From an uncultured Acidimicrobiaceae bacterium (GTDB lineage Bacteria; Actinomycetota; Acidimicrobiia; Spongiisociales; ZC4RG35): a stretch of 64,000 nucleotides of DNA. The stretch covers positions 25,387-89,386 of the forward strand of contig CAZNDH010000006.1 of the NCBI GenBank assembly GCA_964571765.1. The letters run 5' to 3'. Numbering within the stretch: the first letter of the stretch is position 1; every line of letters begins with the position of its first letter. A model generated the notes under the pieces. That model was given only the letters and a program-made list of their open reading frames with translations, did not search any database and was not told the DNA's origin. The translations under genes and the position numbers were made by a program. Shown in pieces: positions 56,624 through 64,000 of the stretch.

Positions 56624-58644
56624 TGCTGTCCCTCCTCGGAGCTGCGGGTGTCGCCGTTGCCTTCGGCGGAGCGGTCATGCTCACGGTGCGCGGTGTCCGG
56701 GCAGCCCGCTCCGATGTCGCCGACCTCACCGGTCCCACCCGCCTCATCATCGTCGGTTCGCTGGTGGCCATGGCAGCCATGCAAATCGCGCTGGCCTCCG
56801 ATGACTTCTCCATCGCCTACCTGGCCAACAACCACGCCACCACCACCCCCTTCCCCTTCGACATGGCCACCGCCTGGGCAGCACTTGAAGGCTCGATCCT
56901 CCTCTGGGGCCTGGTCCTCGCCGGGTTCACCTGGCTGGTGCTGCGCAACTACCGACGCACCCCCGACCCTCTGGGCGCCGGCGCCTTGGCGGTCATGGGC
57001 ATTGTCGCCACCTTCTTCTTCGGGCTCATGCTCACCGTGGCCAACCCCTTCGAGGTGTGTGTCCGGGCCGCGATCGAGCGAGGTTGCCTCGAGACCAGCA
57101 TGTGGCCTTTCGCCGCAGTCGATGCCCCTCTCGAGGGCCGGGGGCCCAACGCCCTGCTCCAGAACCACCTGTTCATGGCCATCCACCCCCCGATGCTCTA
57201 TCTGGGCTACGTGGGGCTGACCGTGCCCTTCGCCTACGCCGTCTCCGCCCTGGCGCTGGGAGTACCGGGGCCGGATTGGCTGCGTCGCAGCCATCGTTCC
57301 ACCCTGCTCGCCTGGTCATTCCTCACTGCGGGGATCGTCCTCGGAGCCTGGTGGGCCTACGAGGTGATCGGCTGGGGCGGCTATTGGCAATGGGACCCGG
57401 TGGAGAACGCCTCCTTCATGCCGTGGCTGGTGGCGACCGCCTTCGTTCATTCGGCCCTGGTACAGCAGCGACGCGGCATGCTCCAGGCATGGAATTTCAT
57501 CCTGGTCATCGGTGCCTTTGCCCTCACCATCCTGGGCACTTTCATCACCCGGTCGGGCACCATTGCCTCTGTCCACTCCTTCACCCAGTCGGCGATCGGG
57601 CCAGCCCTGCTCGGGTTCCTCGTACTGATCCTGGTGGGGTCGTTCGTTCTCTTCGCCCAACGGAGCCATCTGGTGGCGTCGGCGCCTCGCATCGACAACC
57701 TGGTGTCCCGTGAGGGCTCGTTCCTGGCCAACAATCTCCTGCTCACCGTGTACGCCTTCGTGGTCCTCATCGGCACGATCTATCCCATCCTTCTCGAGGC
57801 CTTCACCGGCACCCGGGTCGGGGTAGGGCCTCCTTTCTTCAACCGGATGGCGGGGCCCCTGTCGTTCGCATTGCTCCTGGTGATGGGGTTTGGTCCGGTG
57901 ACCCCGTGGGCGCAGGCGCCCCCCGGCCTCATCTGGCGACGAACTCGGGGGCCTGCCCTGACCGCACTGGCCGCCGGGATCCTCACCTCACTCTTGGTCA
58001 CCAGGGTGGGTTGGGTCGTGCTGGCGGCGACCTTGGGGGCCTTCGTCACCGCATGCATCTTCGGACTCCTCTTCGAACAGGCGGCCCGTAGGTCGTCGGG
58101 TGCCGGCCTCGGAGCTTGGGCGGCGATGAGCTCCGTGGTCCGAGGCGACCAGGGGTTCTGGGCCGGTCAGCTCAGCCATGTCGGCGTGGTGTTGGTGGCC
58201 GTGGGAATCGCCTTCGCCGCCAACCTGGGCGACCATCTCGAGGCCACCTTGGAACCGGGCGACCGGGTCACCTTCTCCGGCCACGACATCGAGTACAAGG
58301 CTCCGTTCCAGCGAGAGGCCCCGGGACGATCGACCGTTGGAGCGCGTCTCGAAGTGACTCTCGACCGCGGCGGGGTGGTCACCCTTGAGCCGGTCCACAC
58401 CCGGTTCGGCGCCGATACCTTCGTGGTGGGCACCCCGGCCATCGCGAGTCGGCCCTCGGGGGACCTATACGTCACCCTCCTCGAGATCGGCCCCGGGTCG
58501 GCCACACTAACCTTCGACACCGCTCCCCTCATCTGGCTGCTATGGGCCGGAGGGCTGGTGACTGCGGCCGGCGGGTTCTGGTCGGTTGCGGTGCGAGCCA
58601 CGGAACGCCGGGCTCGGCTGCGGCGTCAAACCGCAGATGTCTGA
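56623..58644 (+). CDS. ccmF: cytochrome c-type biogenesis heme lyase CcmF
   Basis: 673 aa polytopic protein with a WWD-like domain (GWGGYWQWDPVEN). Its ATG overlaps the ccmE stop. Confidence 0.88.
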   Translation: MLSLLGAAGVAVAFGGAVMLTVRGVRAARSDVADLTGPTRLIIVGSLVAMAAMQIALASDDFSIAYLANNHATTTPFPFDMATAWAALEGSILLWGLVLAGFTWLVLRNYRRTPDPLGAGALAVMGIVATFFFGLMLTVANPFEVCVRAAIERGCLETSMWPFAAVDAPLEGRGPNALLQNHLFMAIHPPMLYLGYVGLTVPFAYAVSALALGVPGPDWLRRSHRSTLLAWSFLTAGIVLGAWWAYEVIGWGGYWQWDPVENASFMPWLVATAFVHSALVQQRRGMLQAWNFILVIGAFALTILGTFITRSGTIASVHSFTQSAIGPALLGFLVLILVGSFVLFAQRSHLVASAPRIDNLVSREGSFLANNLLLTVYAFVVLIGTIYPILLEAFTGTRVGVGPPFFNRMAGPLSFALLLVMGFGPVTPWAQAPPGLIWRRTRGPALTALAAGILTSLLVTRVGWVVLAATLGAFVTACIFGLLFEQAARRSSGAGLGAWAAMSSVVRGDQGFWAGQLSHVGVVLVAVGIAFAANLGDHLEATLEPGDRVTFSGHDIEYKAPFQREAPGRSTVGARLEVTLDRGGVVTLEPVHTRFGADTFVVGTPAIASRPSGDLYVTLLEIGPGSATLTFDTAPLIWLLWAGGLVTAAGGFWSVAVRATERRARLRRQTADV

Positions 58645-59647
58645 GCGCACACGAAGCGTCGTCCTGGCCGGGGCGATCCTCGTCCTGGCCGGCACCCTGG
58701 TGATGCTGGTGGCCACCGCTCCCACCGAGGAGGATCGGGTCGCCCGAATCGGTGGCTCGATCATGTGCCCGGTGTGCCAGGGGGAGTCGATCCTGGGGTC
58801 CCCTGCTCCCATGGCCCGAGACATGATGGACCTGGTGGGGGAGAGAGTGGCCCAGGGGGCCTCTGATGCCGAGATCGTCGACGAGCTACTCTCCTCGTAC
58901 ACCGGGGCGATTCTGCTCGACCCCCCGGTGCGAGGACCCACAGTGGTGCTCTGGTTGGCCCCGGCGGTGGCGCTGATCGCCGGCCTGGGGGTGATCATCT
59001 GGTGGCGCCGCCATCCCGGTGACGACAGCCACCCTGGGACGTCCGAAGCGACCCAGGGGCGGGGACGCCGGGCGGTGGGCGCCCTGACGCTCATCGCCGC
59101 GTTCTCCTTGCTGGTGGTCGCCGTGGGGTTCTTCCTCCAGGAGCGTGACCAACTGCCCGGTGGCGGCCTGGCCGACCTGGCTGTTGACAGCCTCGATGAT
59201 GTATCCAACGAGACCATGGAAGCGGTCATCGCCGCCAACCCGGAGACCCCGGGCGTCATTGGGATGCGACTCGCCCTGGCCGACCGCTACTTCAGGGAGG
59301 GGGAGTACCGTTCGGCATTCCCCCACTACCTGACGGTGGCCGAGTCGGCAGACTCCAGCGATGAACAGACGGTCGCCGCCCTCCTCGCCCTGGGATGGAT
59401 GACCTGGGACGGCAACCGCCAGGCGGACACCGCCATCGGCCTCTTCGACCAGGCTCTGGCCATAGCCCCCCAGTCGGTGCCCGCCAGGTACATGAAAAGT
59501 CAGGTGCTGTGGTGCGGAGGGGTATCCCCATCGGAGGCGGAGAACCTGCTTCGCTCAATCGTCGACCAACCGTCGACCGCCGACGACTGGGTGGCACTCG
59601 CCAACTCCGACCTCGAGGCGATCCGCCACGGGGAGCAATGCACGTGA
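58637..59647 (+). CDS. ccmH: cytochrome c-type biogenesis protein CcmH fused to a TPR (CcmI/NrfG-like) domain
   Basis: CPVCQGES CXXC motif in the N-terminal CcmH domain, a second TM segment and a C-terminal TPR-like region. Its ATG overlaps the ccmF stop (ATGTCTGA). Confidence 0.75.
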   Translation: MSERTRSVVLAGAILVLAGTLVMLVATAPTEEDRVARIGGSIMCPVCQGESILGSPAPMARDMMDLVGERVAQGASDAEIVDELLSSYTGAILLDPPVRGPTVVLWLAPAVALIAGLGVIIWWRRHPGDDSHPGTSEATQGRGRRAVGALTLIAAFSLLVVAVGFFLQERDQLPGGGLADLAVDSLDDVSNETMEAVIAANPETPGVIGMRLALADRYFREGEYRSAFPHYLTVAESADSSDEQTVAALLALGWMTWDGNRQADTAIGLFDQALAIAPQSVPARYMKSQVLWCGGVSPSEAENLLRSIVDQPSTADDWVALANSDLEAIRHGEQCT

Positions 59648-60237
59648 GGACAACCGGCCTGCGCTGGGTGGGGTACGCCCTGGCATTGGGGGCGGTGGCC
59701 CTCGCCGTGGTCCTTGCCACCCGCTTCGGTGCTGACCCCGGGCTAGTTGACTCACCCCTCATCGGCCGGGAGGCGCCTCAGTTCGAGTTGGCGGCACTGG
59801 ATGGCTCTGGTCGGTTGGGACTGGCCGACCTCCGCGGTGAGATCGTGGTGGTCAACTTCTTCGCCTCATGGTGCCTCGAGTGCCGACTGGAACACGACGA
59901 CCTGGTGGCCGTGGCCAACATCTTTGGCGACCGCGGAGTGGTTTTCGTCCAGATCGCCTACCAGGAGGAGGCTGCCGCTTCGCTGGCATACCTCGAGGAG
60001 TTCGGCACCTCGCCCTACACCCACTATCTCGGTGACCCTGGAAGCCGCACCGCCATCGCCTACGGGGTGTTCGGCATACCGGAGACCTTCTTCATCGACG
60101 AGGAGGGAACAGTCGTCGGCAAGATCATCGGCGAGGCAGACGCTTTCATCCTGGGGGCGACCATCGACGCCATCCGTCGGGGTGAGCGGCCGGGCCAGTC
60201 GGTGACCGGAGACACCCAGCAGCGTCCTGACGCCTGA
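59638..60237 (+). CDS. ccmG: thiol:disulfide interchange protein CcmG/DsbE (TlpA/ResA family)
   Basis: N-terminal TM anchor and thioredoxin fold with WCLEC active site. Confidence 0.75.
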   Translation: MHVRTTGLRWVGYALALGAVALAVVLATRFGADPGLVDSPLIGREAPQFELAALDGSGRLGLADLRGEIVVVNFFASWCLECRLEHDDLVAVANIFGDRGVVFVQIAYQEEAAASLAYLEEFGTSPYTHYLGDPGSRTAIAYGVFGIPETFFIDEEGTVVGKIIGEADAFILGATIDAIRRGERPGQSVTGDTQQRPDA

Positions 60238-61632
60238 TCAGCGTCGGATGGTCTCCAGGGTGACTGCGGTGAAGCTGACATTGTCAAGGGCGGCTGACCC
60301 GGTGCCCAGCAGGAAGACGTCGAAGAAGCCCACCAGGTAGTTGTCGATGATTGCCACCATCCGTCCTGCCGGTATCGGGCCCTTCAGCCCCAGCTGGGAA
60401 GCCACAGGGGAGAGGAACGGGGTGACCACGAAGTCGTTGTGCCCGGCTCCCTCAACTCCCAGCCAATAAGTGACCGACTCCCCCCGCCCGGCCACCCCTC
60501 GTAGCAGGGCATCGTTCTGGGTTCCCCGCCAGCCGTCGGAGCGCATGAACAGCGCAGGTCGAGTTGCCGTCTCCCGCAGCACCCGGTTGGGGAACGGCTC
60601 TACCCAGGGATCGAAACCGGCCACGGCGTCGCAGCGCTCGTCGAGCAGGCAGACCTGGATGGCGGCACCGCCTCCGGCGGAGTGCCCATACACCCCTATC
60701 CGCTCCAGGTCGAAGCTCGAGGCGAAGTTGGCGAACCGGCCTTCCACCCCCTCGTCGAGCTGGTCGAGGATGGTCACCAGATCGTCAGCAAAGGTGGCGA
60801 TGAGCTTCTCGGCCGCCCGGAGATGTGCTTCCCGGCCCACCGACTCCTCCGAGGGCAGGGCATCGGGCCAGAAGGCCACCTCCTCCCCGTCGGGGAACCG
60901 GGTGACCACCGCACCGTAGGTGTGGTCGGGGGCGATGACGATGTAGCCGTTGGAGGCGAGGGTCTCCATCTGGTTGACCGCGATCGATCGGAATCCGGTC
61001 CATCCGTGGCTGTAGATGATGACCGGGTAGGTTCCGGAGGCCACCGGTGCAGACTCCACCGAGTGGGCCGTGGTGAATTTGGTGTGGCTGAGGAACCATC
61101 CGGGGTACCCGAGGCGCCGGGCCATCGACGAGGCAACCAGGTCATGGTCGGCGCTCCAGCGACCCGGGGTCGCCTCGGCCGAGGCCACCGCGGGGTACCA
61201 CACCTGGGCCATGAACCGACGAGGACCTTCGGGGTTCTCCCCGTAGGCCATCTCCCGCTCATCGTCGACGATTTCGAGGCTCAGGGTTCCCACCGGGAGC
61301 CCACCGGAAGGGTGGGGAAGCAGCGGGACCGGGAGAAGCAGGGGAAGTGCGGAGGCCAGGACGAGCCCGCTCATCCCGAAGAGACCCCGGAACACTCGGT
61401 TCGACCACCGCAGACTTCGGTCGAGGAAGATGACATCGCCCACGGCGAGCCCCAGGGCAGCTCCGTAGAGCGGGAGCATCTGCCAGCGATACCCCTCCAC
61501 CTGAAGTTGGGAGACGACAGCCGCCACCAGGGCCATGGCAACTACCCCGCGGCGGGGACGGACGCCGAACACCACCGGCCACAACACCGCGACCACCGCG
61601 GTGAGGCTGAGAATCCACTCGAACCGTCTCAA
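60238..61632 (-). CDS. membrane-anchored alpha/beta hydrolase (PAF-acetylhydrolase / dienelactone hydrolase-like)
   Basis: Four N-terminal TM segments and GHSAGG nucleophile elbow. Its stop abuts the ccmG stop within the palindrome TGATCA. Confidence 0.6.
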   Translation of the reverse strand: MRRFEWILSLTAVVAVLWPVVFGVRPRRGVVAMALVAAVVSQLQVEGYRWQMLPLYGAALGLAVGDVIFLDRSLRWSNRVFRGLFGMSGLVLASALPLLLPVPLLPHPSGGLPVGTLSLEIVDDEREMAYGENPEGPRRFMAQVWYPAVASAEATPGRWSADHDLVASSMARRLGYPGWFLSHTKFTTAHSVESAPVASGTYPVIIYSHGWTGFRSIAVNQMETLASNGYIVIAPDHTYGAVVTRFPDGEEVAFWPDALPSEESVGREAHLRAAEKLIATFADDLVTILDQLDEGVEGRFANFASSFDLERIGVYGHSAGGGAAIQVCLLDERCDAVAGFDPWVEPFPNRVLRETATRPALFMRSDGWRGTQNDALLRGVAGRGESVTYWLGVEGAGHNDFVVTPFLSPVASQLGLKGPIPAGRMVAIIDNYLVGFFDVFLLGTGSAALDNVSFTAVTLETIRR

Positions 61633-61666
61633 CGACCGCCAGGTTGAGGGGCGGTTCCCGTGATGC

Positions 61667-62068
61667 TCACCTCACCGGGCCCCAGCTGTTGGGAAGCCTG
61701 GTGCCCTGGTGGAAGAGCATCTGCCATCCGCCCTCGCTCCGCACCCAGACCGAGCTGCGCCGGGCCTCCTGGCCGGCCTGGCCCACGGTTCGATAGGTGA
61801 CAAGAGCGGCGTCGGAGGAGATCTCCCGCACCGCGAAGTCCCGGATGAGCACCCGGGCATGCTCTTCCTTGGTGAGCATGTCGATCAACATCGACTTCTC
61901 GTAGACCCGACCCGAGCTTCCGAACTCGAGGAAGTCGTCGCGGAGCAGTGCGCCCATGCGTTTCGGATCCGACCGTGCCTCCGGCGAGAGCATCTCCAAC
62001 TCCAGCTCCTGGAGTTCGTCATGCCAAAGGTGACCTCCCCCCTCGGATAGACCCTTCAGGAGTGACAT
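61667..62068 (-). CDS. DUF4440/SnoaL-like (NTF2 fold) protein
   Basis: About 133 aa from the internal ATG at 62068. The N-terminal 86 aa of the track ORF are Arg/Ser/Cys-rich low-complexity sequence and are rejected. Confidence 0.45.
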   Translation of the reverse strand: MSLLKGLSEGGGHLWHDELQELELEMLSPEARSDPKRMGALLRDDFLEFGSSGRVYEKSMLIDMLTKEEHARVLIRDFAVREISSDAALVTYRTVGQAGQEARRSSVWVRSEGGWQMLFHQGTRLPNSWGPVR

Positions 62069-62081
62069 TGCCCATTCACCC

Positions 62082-62693
62082 TCATGACAACTCCAGCAGC
62101 TCGTCGAGCGCCTGCCTGATGGCGTCCTCTCCCCGGACCCCGGCCCAGGTCTCGACCACGGTCCTGTCCGGGGCGATGAGGACCGTGACCGGTTGGTAGG
62201 GCACTCCGTACAGCCCGAAGACCACCTCGTCGCTGTCCATTCCCCACATGATCCGCCCCGAGGGGAACAGAGCGGTTGCGGCATCGGTCGCCGCCTGCTC
62301 GTCCGATTTCCACACCGGAGCCACAAAGTCGACCCGATCGGAGTAGTCGGCGGCGACCCGGTCTACCACCGGAAGTTCTCGCCGGCACACCGGACACCAC
62401 TCAGCCCAAAACACCAGATAGACCGGCCTGCCCTCCTCGCTCAAGGTGTAGGACCGGCCATCGGCGAGGGCCAGGGTGAAGTCGGGAGCGAGCTCCCGGT
62501 CGTGCGCCGGGGGCGGCGCCGAGGTGGGAACCGTCTCTTCAGCCGGCGGTGTTGTGGTCGGACCGGTCGTGGTATCGGAACCTTTCGCACCGCCGGCCAC
62601 GGTGGTCGCCACCGCGCCGGCGTCCACCGAACAGGCGGCGACCAGCATCAAGAGAACCGCCGACCGTCTCATCCAGGCAAAGATAGAGGACAT
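62082..62693 (-). CDS. thioredoxin-like TlpA/redoxin family lipoprotein
   Basis: Signal peptide plus lipobox (LVAACS) and WCPVC active site. Confidence 0.7.
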   Translation of the reverse strand: MSSIFAWMRRSAVLLMLVAACSVDAGAVATTVAGGAKGSDTTTGPTTTPPAEETVPTSAPPPAHDRELAPDFTLALADGRSYTLSEEGRPVYLVFWAEWCPVCRRELPVVDRVAADYSDRVDFVAPVWKSDEQAATDAATALFPSGRIMWGMDSDEVVFGLYGVPYQPVTVLIAPDRTVVETWAGVRGEDAIRQALDELLELS

Positions 62694-62828
62694 GCCCTCC
62701 AAGCGGGACCTTCGACCCCTAGTCGGCACGGTGGTCCTTCACGGGTGCCCTGGGGGAGATCCCCCATAGCAATACCGTGCACCGCCTGGCCCAATCTCGG
62801 TGTGCCACAACAGGGTGATCGGCGTATC

Positions 62829-63980
62829 GTGGGCGGCGTGCGGCTGCTTCACGCCTCGGACTGTTACCAGCCGCGCACCGGTGGCATCGAGACCCATCTC
62901 CACGATCTGGCCCGGGCCCAGACCGAGGCCGGCCACGAAGTCCACATCCTCACAGTTGAAACCGGCCCCCGCGGGGAGGGTGGAGGCCTCGTCGAGGACG
63001 ACAACGGAGTCACCGTGCACCGCCTTGGCATCCGAATGCCTTTCAACGCCCCCTTCAATCCGATGGCGGGGCCGCGGGCGGCCCGCATCATCGAGGAGCT
63101 CGAGCCGGACGTGATCCATGTCCACGCCGGGATCGTCTGTCCTTTCGCCTTGGGAGTGGCCAAGGAGGCGATGGCTCGTGGCCTCCCGGTGGCCATCACC
63201 TGGCACAGCATGCTCGACCGCTCCCGACCAGTCCTCAAGCATTGGGCGGCGCTCACCGGTTGGGCCGCCGCCCCCGCGGCCTTGTCCGCGGTGAGCCGGG
63301 TGGCCGCCGCCGAAGTGGCCCGGGTCTACGGCGCCGGCGTCAACGTGCTCCATGACGGTATCGACCAGGGGTTCTGGTCGCCCGGAGTTACCGACGCCAA
63401 CCCCGCTCCACCTCTGCGCTGTGTCACCACGGCCCGCCTGGTGCCCAAGAAGGGACTCGCCGCCCTGGTGGGCGCTTTTGCCGAGGCGGTAGACGACCTA
63501 CCCCGAGGCTCGCTGAGCCTCGACATATTCGGCGACGGCCCCGATCGTTGGCGGATCGAGCAGGCCATCCGCCAGCGTCGCCTCGAGGGTGTTGTGGCGA
63601 CCAGGGGCAAGGCCACCAAGTGGGAGCTGCTCGATGCCTACCGACGCTCTCATGTCTTCTGCGCCCCGGCGAGGCGAGAAGCGTTCGGGATAGCCGGCCT
63701 GGAGGCTCGGAGCACCGGTCTGGTGCTCTTGGGTCGGAGAGGCAACGGCCTGGATGAGTTCGTCGAGCCGGGGGTAGACAGTGTCCTCGTCGACGACACC
63801 CGGGAGATGTCACGGGCCCTGGTCCGCCTCGTTTCTGACCCGTCGTGGTTCGGGATGCTCCGGGCCAACGCCCGCGCTGGGGCTCCCGGCTTCGACTACG
63901 ACATGATCGTTGAACAAACCATGGACGAGTATCGCCGGGCGATGGCGATCCGGGCGGGCGCGGTCACCGGGACATCCTGA
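62829..63980 (+). CDS. glycosyltransferase family 4 (GT4) protein
   Basis: GT-B fold: N-terminal glycine-rich loop (TGGIETH) and a C-terminal EX7E-like region (REAFGIAGLEA). GTG start at 62829 is proposed. Confidence 0.75.
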   Translation: MGGVRLLHASDCYQPRTGGIETHLHDLARAQTEAGHEVHILTVETGPRGEGGGLVEDDNGVTVHRLGIRMPFNAPFNPMAGPRAARIIEELEPDVIHVHAGIVCPFALGVAKEAMARGLPVAITWHSMLDRSRPVLKHWAALTGWAAAPAALSAVSRVAAAEVARVYGAGVNVLHDGIDQGFWSPGVTDANPAPPLRCVTTARLVPKKGLAALVGAFAEAVDDLPRGSLSLDIFGDGPDRWRIEQAIRQRRLEGVVATRGKATKWELLDAYRRSHVFCAPARREAFGIAGLEARSTGLVLLGRRGNGLDEFVEPGVDSVLVDDTREMSRALVRLVSDPSWFGMLRANARAGAPGFDYDMIVEQTMDEYRRAMAIRAGAVTGTS

Positions 63981-64000
63981 TCGAACCGGTCTCGCCGGGA

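Noticed and set aside
1-64000. Search for CRISPR arrays, IS elements, tRNA or rRNA genes and prophage features
   Set aside because: No direct-repeat/spacer periodicity, transposase-like ORFs, integrase genes or long non-coding gaps were seen. Intergenic regions are mostly under 120 nt.

Overview
High-GC (about 70%) chromosomal segment with typical Actinomycetota core synteny; it is gene-dense with many 4-nt start/stop overlaps. Contents in order: (1) dnaE (partial), rhomboid protease, rluD-like, lspA, dksA/traR-like, then ileS on the opposite strand preceded by a possible T-box leader. (2) A complete division/cell-wall (dcw) cluster on the minus strand: divIVA, yggT, sepF, yggS, pgeF/yfiH, ftsZ, ftsQ, murB, murC, murG, ftsW, murD, mraY, murE, ftsI, ftsL, rsmH, mraZ. 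No murF sits between murE and mraY. GTGGG repeats phased at 10 bp, typical of MraZ operators, overlap a TTGACA -35 upstream of mraZ. (3) An HNH endonuclease and two coupled uncharacterised genes, then a MoxR / DUF58 / transglutaminase triad, a MerR-like regulator and DUF3040. (4) dinB, a histidine phosphatase, and a fatty-acid synthesis operon (ltaE-fabD-fabH-fabG-acpP-fabF). (5) A tightly coupled module of SRPBCC, ArsA-HSP20, a 62-aa ORF and DUF1232. (6) An Opu-type osmoprotectant ABC transporter with stress-related neighbours. (7) A complete system I cytochrome c maturation operon (ccmABCDEFHG), followed by thioredoxin-like and hydrolase genes and a GT4 glycosyltransferase. The ccm operon is the most unusual element for this lineage. 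No rRNA, tRNA, CRISPR array or mobile element was recognised. The long plus-strand ORFs antisense to dnaE and to the dcw genes are GC-composition artefacts.
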